Shown: piece after piece, positions 16,690-26,106 of the stretch
Position numbering within the stretch: the first letter of the stretch is position 1
Layout: every line of letters starts with the position of its first letter
Virus record (IMG/VR): IMGVR_UViG_3300043173_000374
Location: 1 to 43,068 of that record
Length of the DNA stretch: 43,068 nt
Reading direction: 5' to 3' (one strand)
Origin: a virus
Taxonomy: Duplodnaviria > Caudoviricetes
Translations under genes and position numbers: made by a program
Notes under the pieces: generated by a model
Told to the model about the DNA's origin: nothing
Database searches by the model: none
The model's input: the letters and a program-made list of their open reading frames with translations, nothing else

Positions 16690-17766
16690 ATGGCTGAGTT
16701 AGATAGACAACCCTTAACGCTATCCTTTTCGAGAGGTGAACGCGCCGGAGAGATCGTACCTCCAGGCGCTTTGCAAAAAGGTGCAGGGGAGATTGCAGGA
16801 AGGCTGGAGGACGACGACACCGCACTTGCAGAAGCGCGATTCGATGCTGTCTCAAGAGGGATACGCCCTGCCACAACGCCTGAAGAGAAGGCAAGAAGAC
16901 GGCAGAGTTTAGTACAAAGGGGCCAGAGGTTCAGTGTACCTCCTGAAGAAGTGATGAAACAGATGCAGTTAGAAGGCGTACTGGAAGAGAAAAAAGCGCC
17001 ACAAGTGACTAAAGGCGATGTCGTAGAGACAGGGGAAGGCTTCTTTCAATTTAACGTCGAATCGGGCCGATACGATATAAAAGTGGGGGGCCCAAAAGCG
17101 GGGAAAGGGGCTAAAAGGCTAACTGATACCAAAACACTTAAAGACGGCTCTGTGCAAAAACTTGAGTCTTTTGACGGCGGGAAAACTTGGAAGCCTTTTG
17201 GGGCTCCTACCAAAGATAAAGGAGCCGCGAAGCAGAAGGTTTTGGATGTTAAATCGGCGAAGCGGGTGGCCTCTGCCAAAGTAAAGATATCAACTGCCTT
17301 GAACAAAGTCGATGAGGCTATGGGGCAAGCAGAAGGCCTGTTCGCTACAGGGCCGATAGGTCAGTTTACGAGTTGGCTTGATTCCGCCCAATCGGGGCAA
17401 TTAGCGAACACTCTACTGACTATCAAAGGGATCATAGGCTTTGCAGAATTGCGAGAACTGAAAGAGAGCTCTCCCACTGGCGGCGCACTAGGTCAGGTAT
17501 CTACTTTCGAATTGGAAAACTTACAGTCTGTGATTGCTTCGTTGAAAGTAGGTATGCCAGAAGACCAACTTAAGCAGAATTTAACGGAAGTAAAGAACCA
17601 CTTTGATAACTTACGAGCAAACTTGAACCTTGGGGATGCCATACTGAAAAACCCTGAACTTGAAAAGATAGTGAATGAAGCTAAAGCTTCGGTGGATGAG
17701 GACGGAGTTCCTGAGTTCACTCCAGCGGAGATATTTCAGGAGCTTAAAGCTGCGGGGATGATATAA
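16690..17766 (+). CDS. Putative ejection / internal virion protein
   Basis: AAGGAG RBS before MAELD; SPTGGALGQVSTFELENL motif seen in podoviral DNA-transfer proteins. Confidence 0.65.
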   Translation: MAELDRQPLTLSFSRGERAGEIVPPGALQKGAGEIAGRLEDDDTALAEARFDAVSRGIRPATTPEEKARRRQSLVQRGQRFSVPPEEVMKQMQLEGVLEEKKAPQVTKGDVVETGEGFFQFNVESGRYDIKVGGPKAGKGAKRLTDTKTLKDGSVQKLESFDGGKTWKPFGAPTKDKGAAKQKVLDVKSAKRVASAKVKISTALNKVDEAMGQAEGLFATGPIGQFTSWLDSAQSGQLANTLLTIKGIIGFAELRELKESSPTGGALGQVSTFELENLQSVIASLKVGMPEDQLKQNLTEVKNHFDNLRANLNLGDAILKNPELEKIVNEAKASVDEDGVPEFTPAEIFQELKAAGMI

Positions 17767-20261
17767 TGGCTGCTAATTTAGCAAAATTGCGTAGCATATT
17801 GGGCGTAGAACAAGCAGAAGCGCCTTTAGCGGATGACGCGGAGCAACCTTCTAAGAGAGTAAAACTGAGGGGTATCCTCGGCATAGAGGGGGCTCTGGAG
17901 CCCGTAGCAGAAGCCCCTCCTGAGCCCGAAGTAGCGCCAAGTGCCGATATATCGGTCTTTGACCCCTTCGGCGCTGCCTTTGCCGAAGAACCGCAAGCAG
18001 CTCCGAGAACTGAGATACTGAAAGAACTCGCAAAACCCGAGGTGTTTAGACCAACGCTTGAAGCTACCGGCTTGGCTGTAGGAGGGGCCTTAGCGGTTCC
18101 CGCCGCTGTCGCAGCAGGGCCTTTTGCTCCCGCAGTAGAAGTGCTTGGTGCAGGATTAGGTTTCACCGCCGGTAAAAACCTTGCTGATTTCTTAGAGTCG
18201 ATATCAGGTGTTAGAGAACCGAAGACTGTTATCGAAGAACTTAAAGAGGTGCCTTTAGAGCTTATACATGGCGCTGAGTTCGAGATGGGCGGTCGGGCTA
18301 TAGTTCCTGCGATTAGGTATCTTGTACAAGGTGCGAAAACCATTCGCAACATAGTCCCTGCTTTCTCACGTAAAAGGCTTGAGGCTAAGGCCGGTGAAAC
18401 GCTACTGGCGCATACGAGCGAAGGGCGCATATACGCGGAGAACGTTGCACAGGCGAAAGCGATTGAGAAGAGGATACCAGGTATAAAGTTTACCAAGGCG
18501 CAGCTTACTAAAGACGCTCGTTTAGTGCAGCTTGAAAGAAATATTGAGCTGACGCATCCTAACTTACTGAATCAGCAAAGAGCAGACGCCGCTGAAGCTC
18601 TTGGCCAAAAGCTTGATGAGGTGTTCCCTGCGCGAGTAGGCTTTGAGGGCGCCGTGGACGCAGCTACAGCGCAGAAGGTATCTCTCCAAACTGCACAACA
18701 ATCGGCGCGGACAGTTGTGGATGCCGAAGTAGCTAATCTCAGCCGAGGGATGGACATACAAGAATCCGGCAGGGTGTTACATGCAAATCTGCAAGGGCTG
18801 AAAGCAATAGCTAAAGGGAAAGCGACAGAGCTGTACGATAAAGTGCCTAATGTGCAGATTGACATAAAAGATCTCCGAACCTCTTTTATAAGTATTCTAA
18901 AGCCTAAAGTGAAGGGCGAGCCCCTTGAGAACATGCCTGATATTATGCGGAGGGCTATCAAGGATACCTTTGGTGACGACCCCACTCTTGGCTTCAAAGA
19001 CTTGAGAGGGCTCAGGACTGTCATACTTAATGAAAAGCGAAAGCTGAGTGGCATTGCGGCCCCCAACCCTTCCGCAGTAAAGCGCCTGGAAGAAGCACAA
19101 TCGGCTGTCGAGGCTACCATAAACTCCCTTGACGGAGTGGAAGGTGAAGCGGCAAACGCTTTCAGGGAAGCTTCGGCGTTTTATAAGACCTTTTCGCAGC
19201 AGTTTAAGCAGGGCACCGTAGCAGATGTGTTGCGCAGGGGCTCTCAGGGAGAAGACATTCGTATAGGCGCGGCTAACGTAGCGGGCCAATTCTTCAAGGG
19301 CCTTGATAGCGCAGACGACTTCATAAGGGCTGCCGGAGGCGACGACGCCGCCAGAATAGCCTTAAAAGACTTCGCCTCGCAGGATCTCCTTAAAACTTTA
19401 AGCCCATCGACAGGGGAGATAGTGCCCGCAGCGTTCCATAGGTGGTTTGGCAAGAATAAGGCTGTATTAGAGCGCTTGGGCTTAACGCGAGAGTTTGCGG
19501 GCATCAAACAAGCACAACGCATGGCCGATAGCGCTAAAGGCTTCACGGATAACTTCAATAAATCTGTAGCTTCAGAGATAATAGGCGTAGATGCAGAGCG
19601 AGCTTTCGCGCAAGCTTTCGCCGGAAAGAGAGGAAAACAGACAGGCCAAGTAGCTCAAGAGCTTTTAGCGATGGTTAAAGGTGATAAACAGGCCGTAGAG
19701 GGCCTTAAAAAAGCGTTGAAGGACCACATATCCTCTGCGGCGGAGTTGGCCTCTATCGATCTTAATAATAACCCCATACGGAGTGCGTCTAAGATCGCTC
19801 AACTCTTTAAGCAATTCGAACCGGCGATGAACGTCTTGTACCGGAATGACCCTAAGAAGATGCAAGCATTAAGAGACATGAGGCAAGTGTACTTGACTCT
19901 TGAGCGAAATATTAAATCGCCCATAAACTCAGGGTCGGATACTTTAGAGAAAGTGATAACCACAGGGGCTCTAGGAACCTTCGGCGTTGTCACTAAAAAG
20001 TTTGCTTTAACAAACCTATTACGGGCGGTTGCCGGGGTAACGCACAAATATAGTCAGGAGCAAGTGCAACATATCGTAGCTAAAGCGCTTATAGACCCTG
20101 AATACGCGCACGTACTGATGCAAATATCCAGGGGCAAGATGGCTCCTAAAGCAATCGAAAGCCTTTTAGACAACCGGCTATTAACAGTCCCAGGGCTATA
20201 TGGCTTAAAGAAATTATCAGAAGACGAACCTGAAGAACAATTCGAATTAGAAGGATATTAA
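17766..20261 (+). CDS. Large ejection / DNA-transfer protein
   Basis: 831 aa, Ala-rich and helical with a Gly/Ala hydrophobic segment; third gene of the ejection trio. Confidence 0.7.
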   Translation: MAANLAKLRSILGVEQAEAPLADDAEQPSKRVKLRGILGIEGALEPVAEAPPEPEVAPSADISVFDPFGAAFAEEPQAAPRTEILKELAKPEVFRPTLEATGLAVGGALAVPAAVAAGPFAPAVEVLGAGLGFTAGKNLADFLESISGVREPKTVIEELKEVPLELIHGAEFEMGGRAIVPAIRYLVQGAKTIRNIVPAFSRKRLEAKAGETLLAHTSEGRIYAENVAQAKAIEKRIPGIKFTKAQLTKDARLVQLERNIELTHPNLLNQQRADAAEALGQKLDEVFPARVGFEGAVDAATAQKVSLQTAQQSARTVVDAEVANLSRGMDIQESGRVLHANLQGLKAIAKGKATELYDKVPNVQIDIKDLRTSFISILKPKVKGEPLENMPDIMRRAIKDTFGDDPTLGFKDLRGLRTVILNEKRKLSGIAAPNPSAVKRLEEAQSAVEATINSLDGVEGEAANAFREASAFYKTFSQQFKQGTVADVLRRGSQGEDIRIGAANVAGQFFKGLDSADDFIRAAGGDDAARIALKDFASQDLLKTLSPSTGEIVPAAFHRWFGKNKAVLERLGLTREFAGIKQAQRMADSAKGFTDNFNKSVASEIIGVDAERAFAQAFAGKRGKQTGQVAQELLAMVKGDKQAVEGLKKALKDHISSAAELASIDLNNNPIRSASKIAQLFKQFEPAMNVLYRNDPKKMQALRDMRQVYLTLERNIKSPINSGSDTLEKVITTGALGTFGVVTKKFALTNLLRAVAGVTHKYSQEQVQHIVAKALIDPEYAHVLMQISRGKMAPKAIESLLDNRLLTVPGLYGLKKLSEDEPEEQFELEGY

Positions 20262-20273
20262 AAGGAGGCAACA

Positions 20274-21605
20274 ATGAAGATGAAGAATATTTTAGCGGGG
20301 GTACTGGCAACCATACTGGCGATTAGTTCGCCTGTATATGCGGCAGATACCGTGGTAGTAGGGGCTGGTGAGGCTGTTTCAGGGGAAGATATAACTCCTA
20401 ACAGTATATTAGTAGGCGCTGGGAGCGCAGCAGACCCTTCGGTAGCAATAGGCGCAGTTGATACAGGGCTTTATTCAGCAGGGGCAAGCAACTTAGATGT
20501 TACAATAAGCGGTGTTGTAAAAGCGGCATGGATAGGTGATCAGTTTATAGGAGCTACTGGAGGGGGTTGGGGTTTGCAGAATGAAGTTTCTAGCGCAACT
20601 AATCCAGTGCATGTTTTTTCGACTGATGATACTTCAGGTTTGGGTGGCATGGCCGGTAGTTATGTTTCCATCATAGTGAATAGTATTGAGGGTGCAAGAG
20701 TCACAGAGTCGGGCGGAGACACCCTTAATACCTTTAAATCTAATGCCGCTAATACGGCGCCGATAGCTGCCTTCGATAATTTGTCGGGAGACATACAAAT
20801 CTTCAGAGTAGATGCTTCTCCAGAAGGCTCTATTACTGGTTCAAGGGGTGATATCGCTGTAGGTATAAATGGCAATAGTGAAGGAGCGCTATTCATTAAG
20901 CATACGGGGGATGCTTCTAATACAGGATGGAAGTCAGTAACGCTCTCGCATGAAGGGAATATGCACATTCATGATAATACTGTAGATACGGTGATATATA
21001 CGGGAGATACGCTGCATTATATATTTGGTTTGTTTTCAAGTGTCGTAGAAGAAGGGTATACTTTTAGCGCCGGTTTTGACGGAGTAGTAGCCTCGTTTTC
21101 TGACTATAGTTCTACAGTTCCGGGTGCGGTACTTGCCACAGATGTTTCACATGGCCTTTCCACAGATCAAGGTATTACGATTAACAATTCCGCAGACTAC
21201 AATGCCGCCTTCAACGTTACTGTTGTCAATAGCGATACCTTTTATTTCATGGACACCTTTGTTGGAGATGAGACAGCCAGCTGGCAAAAAGGAGATTGTT
21301 TAAAAGCAGATACGGGGGCAGCCGGACGCTATAATGTATTTATGGCGGGCTTTGGTTTGGGAACAACTGGTGGGACGGATGCTTTTGAATGGGAGACTAC
21401 GCGACATACTCCGGGGAGTGACCCCGTTCCGATAGAAAATGCGGAAGTTAAAGAAACCTTTACCGGATCAACAAACCCGACGAGCTTCACCGGAATTGGA
21501 AGCGTAACCGTGGCTGATGGTGATGAACTATGCCTTGCTATGATAGGCTTGACAGGTACGGACGATTTCGAAAATAGTCATATAAGTTTTATAGTGAGAA
21601 ATTAA
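20274..21605 (+). CDS. Tail-fibre-like protein with N-terminal signal peptide
   Basis: MKNILAGVLATILAISSPVYA signal; fibre-type motifs GSAADPS..DTGLYS and SPEGSITGSRGD...LFIKHTG..NTGW. Confidence 0.7.
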   Translation: MKMKNILAGVLATILAISSPVYAADTVVVGAGEAVSGEDITPNSILVGAGSAADPSVAIGAVDTGLYSAGASNLDVTISGVVKAAWIGDQFIGATGGGWGLQNEVSSATNPVHVFSTDDTSGLGGMAGSYVSIIVNSIEGARVTESGGDTLNTFKSNAANTAPIAAFDNLSGDIQIFRVDASPEGSITGSRGDIAVGINGNSEGALFIKHTGDASNTGWKSVTLSHEGNMHIHDNTVDTVIYTGDTLHYIFGLFSSVVEEGYTFSAGFDGVVASFSDYSSTVPGAVLATDVSHGLSTDQGITINNSADYNAAFNVTVVNSDTFYFMDTFVGDETASWQKGDCLKADTGAAGRYNVFMAGFGLGTTGGTDAFEWETTRHTPGSDPVPIENAEVKETFTGSTNPTSFTGIGSVTVADGDELCLAMIGLTGTDDFENSHISFIVRN

Positions 21606-21632
21606 ATGAGAATAAGATAAAGAAAACGTCTA

Positions 21633-21935
21633 ATGTTAAGATTATTTTTTCTTATACTATTAATATCTGGTTGTACTACATATATCCCACAGAAGATAAG
21701 ATATTGTGCTGACTATTATCTTTATACCGAGAAAAGTAAATTAGACGCAGTTTATCATAACTATGGAGGAACAAAAAAAATGGGAGGCGGTTTTTATGCT
21801 CCTATAGATAACTCAATACATGTTATGAAATGGCGTCTTGACGTCTTGGGGCATGAAGTATTTCACGGCATGGCCTATAAAGGTAGTCCTCGTTTAATAG
21901 TAGAAGATAGGTTCGATCACTTTAAAGTACAGTAA
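21633..21935 (+). CDS. Lipoprotein with HExxH motif (putative metallopeptidase)
   Basis: Lipobox LISGC; GHEVFHG. Confidence 0.65.
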   Translation: MLRLFFLILLISGCTTYIPQKIRYCADYYLYTEKSKLDAVYHNYGGTKKMGGGFYAPIDNSIHVMKWRLDVLGHEVFHGMAYKGSPRLIVEDRFDHFKVQ

Positions 21936-21947
21936 AGGAAACTTTTA

Positions 21948-22211
21948 ATGGGAGACAAGTGTGCTATGTGTGACAAGGCAGTAATTCAAACAGCTGTTAA
22001 GGATGCATTAGCAGAGGCACATAAAGACTTTTGGGTAGACCCTGAGACGCATTATGTTCACCATGTCTGGGTAGAGAAATGGACTAAGGTTTCTGATTGG
22101 GTAGGAAAGAGTTTTGTCAAGACATTTATATCGGGGATAGTTATTGGACTTTTTGCCCTTATTGTATTGGGCGCTGTTGCTTATGTTAAAATAAAAGGAG
22201 GCTCTAGCTGA
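21948..22211 (+). CDS. Single-TM membrane protein (holin/antiholin-like)
   Basis: C-terminal hydrophobic helix; immediately upstream of the endolysin. Confidence 0.55.
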   Translation: MGDKCAMCDKAVIQTAVKDALAEAHKDFWVDPETHYVHHVWVEKWTKVSDWVGKSFVKTFISGIVIGLFALIVLGAVAYVKIKGGSS

Positions 22212-22675
22212 TGTACGAAGAAATATTACTTCCAAGAGGTGCGAAGCACCAAGAGCCGGATAGGGTTATCGTTCACGCTATGGGTGAGTACATAGACGGG
22301 GTGCATGCTTCCAGTTTTTTGATGAATGTTGGTCTTTCTGCACATATCCTGGTTTGCCCCGATGGGAAAATAATAAGATGCAGGCAAGACAATCAAGGGG
22401 CTTACCATGCCCGAAAGCATAATGTGAACTCATTGGGCATTGAGTTCTTGGTAGTAGGCAATCATGGTTACGCCAGCTTTAAAGAAATGATAAAGGAGCC
22501 TTATTTAACATCCGAGCAATACGAAGCAGGCATGGAGTTTGTCAGGGATGAGTGGTTCATTAAGAAAGGTATCAGGATGGTGGATAGGCACAGCGATGTA
22601 AGCCCTGAGCGAAAAGTAGATCCCGGTGAGGGTTTCCCCTGGGAGCGTTTTAAAAGAGAGGTAGGTATATTATGA
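22211..22675 (+). CDS. Endolysin, N-acetylmuramoyl-L-alanine amidase (Amidase_2/AmpD-like)
   Basis: VIVH, SAH, AYHA, NSLGIE and RHSDVSPERKVDPG motifs. Confidence 0.9.
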   Translation: MYEEILLPRGAKHQEPDRVIVHAMGEYIDGVHASSFLMNVGLSAHILVCPDGKIIRCRQDNQGAYHARKHNVNSLGIEFLVVGNHGYASFKEMIKEPYLTSEQYEAGMEFVRDEWFIKKGIRMVDRHSDVSPERKVDPGEGFPWERFKREVGIL

Positions 22676-23301
22676 AAAAATATTGGGCTGTACTGTTAAT
22701 GCTGAGTTCATGTGTTGAGCCTGCGTATGCCGGAGAGATAAAAGGCGGCATGTCCCATGAACAGGGCGTCTTAACTACGAACTCATACTTTATCGAGATG
22801 GCCGACCAGGTAGATTACATCGACTTGTCAGCTTATTACGGTTATGGTAAGACAGACGATACTGTGACACAAGACGAGGGCCGACTATCAATAGGGTATG
22901 ATCCGGTGATAAACGATAGCTGGTCATTGTGGATGGATGAGACTGTCGGCTATAGAGAAGGTATTAAACTTGAAAACTTCTTCGGCGCCGGGCCCAAATA
23001 TAAATTTAATGATAAGACATCTTTGAGTTTTGGTGTATTGTACTACTTTAAAGACTCGATGGACGAAGGAGAGGGACTATACTCATTCCGGCTAAAAACG
23101 AAGGCGCGAGGATTGGTTCTAACGGCTTTTTATCAGCCGTACATGCTAGGAGCAGGGCACATCTTGAAAGGTGACGCCTCCTATGCGCTAGGTAAGTACT
23201 TTGAGTATTTCTTTAAAGGTGAATACCGTAGTCGAGAGGACTACCAGAAGACACTACAGGGGTTACAATTTAAAGTGAGGTACGGAGATGAAACTAACTG
23301 A
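22672..23301 (+). CDS. Putative outer-membrane beta-barrel (DUF481-like)
   Basis: Signal peptide ending AYA; alternating aromatic beta strands (LSAYYGYG, FFGAGPKYKF, LSFGVLYY). Confidence 0.6.
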   Translation: MKKYWAVLLMLSSCVEPAYAGEIKGGMSHEQGVLTTNSYFIEMADQVDYIDLSAYYGYGKTDDTVTQDEGRLSIGYDPVINDSWSLWMDETVGYREGIKLENFFGAGPKYKFNDKTSLSFGVLYYFKDSMDEGEGLYSFRLKTKARGLVLTAFYQPYMLGAGHILKGDASYALGKYFEYFFKGEYRSREDYQKTLQGLQFKVRYGDETN

Positions 23302-23542
23302 GATGCATAAAAACGTAGTGGCTGTAATATTTTTTATGACCTTAGCAGTAGGGGGTACAACCTTCTTTGCCAGGCAGTCTGCTTTCGCGGCGCATGAGAG
23401 GAGTCACAAAGAGAAAGAGCTTTTAGAGGTTTTGTATGACTGCGAAACAAAATATGCAGATACTAAAAAAGGATTTATATTCGAAAGATGCAAAGATGCA
23501 AAAGTCGAATACGAACAACTAAAAGAGAAAGGAGAAAAGTAA
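23288..23542 (+). CDS. Membrane-anchored hypothetical protein
   Basis: N-terminal TM segment and a Cys pair. Confidence 0.6.
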   Translation: MKLTEMHKNVVAVIFFMTLAVGGTTFFARQSAFAAHERSHKEKELLEVLYDCETKYADTKKGFIFERCKDAKVEYEQLKEKGEK

Positions 23543-23733
23543 TGAAAGCAGTAATAAAAGTATGGGAATTTTTCAACAGTAAGAAAACTGCCATAGGCGC
23601 CTTCATGTTCGCCGCCGCAGACTTGGCTATGGCATTGGGCTATCCCGACATAGCAGGGCCTCTGAAGAACGTAGCTTACGTATTCACAGGCACCGGTCTT
23701 AGTCATAAGGTTGTTAAGAAAGTCGCATTTTGA
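23542..23733 (+). CDS. Putative holin
   Basis: AAGGAG RBS; FFNSKKTAIG followed by two hydrophobic segments and a basic tail. Confidence 0.55.
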   Translation: MKAVIKVWEFFNSKKTAIGAFMFAAADLAMALGYPDIAGPLKNVAYVFTGTGLSHKVVKKVAF

Positions 23734-23942
23734 TAAATGCGGTACTCGCAATATTGGCAGCGCTGATAGGCATCGTCGGGGGTATACTAGAAAGGAGGTA
23801 CGCCAAAGATGCAGTTAACAAAAGAAACGCAGAAGATCGGGATAAGGCAATCGCCGAAGGCGATACTGAGAAGCTTAACACTCATCTCATTGATCTTCAT
23901 AGCCGGGTGCGGAGGCAAAACCGTCGTAATTCCCGACAGTAA
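23730..23942 (+). CDS. Putative i-spanin (Rz-like)
   Basis: N-terminal TM followed by a charged helix. Confidence 0.6.
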   Translation: MINAVLAILAALIGIVGGILERRYAKDAVNKRNAEDRDKAIAEGDTEKLNTHLIDLHSRVRRQNRRNSRQ

Positions 23943-24042
23943 AAAATTAATCCCGCACCCAACTATGGAAGGCTATCAATGTTTGTCGCCGGGGTTTCTT
24001 AAAGAGATAATGGACGAGTACGCTATTTGCCTTGACAAATAG
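23809..24042 (+). CDS. Putative o-spanin lipoprotein (Rz1-like), overlapping the i-spanin; true start uncertain
   Basis: Lipobox FIAGC in a frame overlapping the i-spanin; Pro and Cys residues. Confidence 0.65.
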   Translation: MQLTKETQKIGIRQSPKAILRSLTLISLIFIAGCGGKTVVIPDSKKLIPHPTMEGYQCLSPGFLKEIMDEYAICLDK

Positions 24043-24060
24043 TTTATGATTTGATAAGAT
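24032..24060 (+). promoter_or_regulatory. Sigma70-type promoter
   Basis: TTGACA-17 nt-TAAGAT with TG extension. Confidence 0.7.
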
Positions 24061-24066
24061 ATCATT

Positions 24067-24131
24067 TTATTCATTGATAACTCCCTCCTCCTCATTATGC
24101 CCCTGGACTAATCCACCAGGGGCAGTTTTTT
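24067..24131 (+). ncRNA. Candidate ~65-nt small RNA carrying an anti-Shine-Dalgarno segment
   Basis: Bounded by the promoter and terminator; contains TCAT-7 nt-TCCCTCCTCC; no plus-strand ORF. Confidence 0.55.
24098..24131 (+). terminator. Intrinsic terminator at the convergence of the two genome arms
   Basis: TGCCCCTGG/CCAGGGGCA stem followed by TTTTTT. Confidence 0.85.
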
Positions 24132-24143
24132 GTCTACCAAGTT

Positions 24144-24305
24144 TTAACGTCTATCCTCTTTGTCTCTCACTTTCACTGGTATTTTAACGCCGAACAAAAC
24201 ACTACAAGTGTCATGCATAGAGCAAGCGGGCCTACAATGCTTGTCGTAGGTTGCCGCAGCTTCGTGTAACTCTTTTTGCTCACCTCTGCAATTTACAGTC
24301 TCCAT
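24144..24305 (-). CDS. Small Cys/His-containing hypothetical protein (53 aa)
   Basis: GAGGAGG RBS; read from sequence. Confidence 0.5.
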   Translation of the reverse strand: METVNCRGEQKELHEAAATYDKHCRPACSMHDTCSVLFGVKIPVKVRDKEDRR

Positions 24306-24411
24306 TGTGCTGCCTCCTCTCATCTCTCGACATATTCAATACCGCCGCCACCATAGCCCCTGTAAAACCACTTATGAAGCAAAGCAGAAATACTGTTGTC
24401 CAATGAAACAT
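24280..24411 (-). CDS. Small membrane peptide (43 aa)
   Basis: AAGGAG RBS; hydrophobic N-terminal half. Confidence 0.45.
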   Translation of the reverse strand: MFHWTTVFLLCFISGFTGAMVAAVLNMSRDERRQHNGDCKLQR

Positions 24412-24413
24412 AA

Positions 24414-24692
24414 TTAATTCTCCTTGTTTATTAATGAAAATGATTTATTAAATTGCAGTGTCTCTTTTTTATTTAACCAACCTATAACTCGTCCATCGGA
24501 ACCAGTTATCTTTCCTTTGCTAGATATACTAAAAATTACTTCACCTCCTGCAACCATTTGTACTTTATTGCCCCATCCTGCTAGTCCAGTATTTACATCA
24601 GAGCTTGTTATAGGAGAAGGTGCTCCGATAAGAGCAGGGACTATTCCTATATTTAAAATAAGTACTAATGCAATTATCAATCTAAGTTTCAT
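24414..24692 (-). CDS. Secreted or membrane hypothetical protein
   Basis: Hydrophobic N-terminus; AGGAGG RBS. Confidence 0.6.
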   Translation of the reverse strand: MKLRLIIALVLILNIGIVPALIGAPSPITSSDVNTGLAGWGNKVQMVAGGEVIFSISSKGKITGSDGRVIGWLNKKETLQFNKSFSLINKEN

Positions 24693-24693
24693 C

Positions 24694-25077
24694 TTAATCC
24701 TCCTTTTTCATAGCTTGAACTCTTTTCGCCACCTTTTTGAGAATGTAATACCCTACGAAGTCGAACTCAGGGTCTTCGTCGTCGTCACACTGGCCGGACA
24801 TTATGCGAGAGAGCTTATCGTCCTGTCTTACTTTGATCTGTTCAATCGGGTCCGCTTTTGACATTATCCTGACAGGGTTAACAGCCGAGTCTCCGTATTT
24901 TCGGTTCTTCTCTAAAAGCACGTCCCTCAGTATCTCACATTCATGCACTATTATCTGCTGCGTTAAGGACAAGGTATCGGGGGTGCGCTTTGGCTTACAG
25001 TTACATGGCTCATAAAAGCACCGGCTACAAGGGGTGCCGCTGAAAGTTATCTTACCCATTACTGTGTCTCTTTCCAT
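24694..25077 (-). CDS. DUF1599 / nucleotide-modification-associated domain-like protein
   Basis: LLEKNRKYGDS...IKVRQDDKLSRI...DFVGY. Confidence 0.7.
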   Translation of the reverse strand: MERDTVMGKITFSGTPCSRCFYEPCNCKPKRTPDTLSLTQQIIVHECEILRDVLLEKNRKYGDSAVNPVRIMSKADPIEQIKVRQDDKLSRIMSGQCDDDEDPEFDFVGYYILKKVAKRVQAMKKED

Positions 25078-25080
25078 ACA

Positions 25081-26091
25081 TCACCTCACTTTCCCTTTTA
25101 TGATTCTGTGATTCACTACTTCGAAATCGTTCTTCTCGACGAGCATTGTGGCGAAGCCATGGTTCCAATTATTGATAGGAGCGTAGGGCGGTTTGAGATC
25201 GCACAAAGTTCCAAGTGACCAGCATGAAACTATTCGCCCTCGGATATCAGACGCAGTGTGTTCACTTGACTGATGGAGATGTCCTACAATGCAACTGTCT
25301 TTAGCTTTGAGGTAAGCGCCCCTGGCAGCGTTTACCGGGTTAAAGAAACTTCTCCCGAACTCATGGCCATGTAGAATAGTCAGGTGTTTACCAACGAGCA
25401 TAATCTGTTGGGGCTGTACCATTTCAATACCGATCTCAAATGCTTTGAACAAAGACTCAAAGGTGAGGCAAGGAAGGTTGGCGATCTCAGGGGCTTTAGC
25501 GAATAGGTATGCCATCCAGCGCCTCTCATGATTCCCTAATTTGAATATGACTCTTTTATAGTGCTTCGTCAGATCCTTCAGAAAGGCCCCAACCATTTCA
25601 AGTTCTCCGGCTAAGTCCCTTGTATTCGGGTTGGAGCAGAAGCTACTCCCTTGGTAGAAGTCCATTATATCGCCATTGAGCAATATCCAATCAGTCGCAC
25701 CTATCTTTTCTGAATGCTCTAAGGCTCCCTTTAAAGCATCTTCATCATGGTACGGAAAATGTATGTCACTTAGGATAGTGCCGTGACCTTCCAGCTTTAA
25801 GTTAACTGGCTCTACCTTTTCAGGCGCATCATCACTTGGAGGAACGATGTTCCCGATTGGGGTGTTGACTTGTCTTTTCTCCGCAGGGCTGACGATCTTC
25901 GCCGCCTTCCTGTTTTTATTACCGGACTCCCCCCGGCGGTATCTAACCAGCCGTCGAGTTTGCTCTACTGACGAGAAGCAATCGTGTGCCTTGAACAGCA
26001 TCTTCGCCAGGGTTAGGGATGGTATCTCCGGGTCCTTATTTAACGCGGTTTCAATTACCTCTTTTCTTATTGCTATTAGCTCTTTGCTCAT
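25081..26091 (-). CDS. Calcineurin-like metallophosphoesterase
   Basis: SDIH, NGDIMD, GNHE, HGH and GHLH motifs. Confidence 0.9.
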   Translation of the reverse strand: MSKELIAIRKEVIETALNKDPEIPSLTLAKMLFKAHDCFSSVEQTRRLVRYRRGESGNKNRKAAKIVSPAEKRQVNTPIGNIVPPSDDAPEKVEPVNLKLEGHGTILSDIHFPYHDEDALKGALEHSEKIGATDWILLNGDIMDFYQGSSFCSNPNTRDLAGELEMVGAFLKDLTKHYKRVIFKLGNHERRWMAYLFAKAPEIANLPCLTFESLFKAFEIGIEMVQPQQIMLVGKHLTILHGHEFGRSFFNPVNAARGAYLKAKDSCIVGHLHQSSEHTASDIRGRIVSCWSLGTLCDLKPPYAPINNWNHGFATMLVEKNDFEVVNHRIIKGKVR

Positions 26092-26106
26092 CTCTTCATA
26101 GCCTCC

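Noticed and set aside
20274-21605. Diversity-generating retroelement target
   Set aside because: No reverse transcriptase and no template/variable repeat pair was seen.
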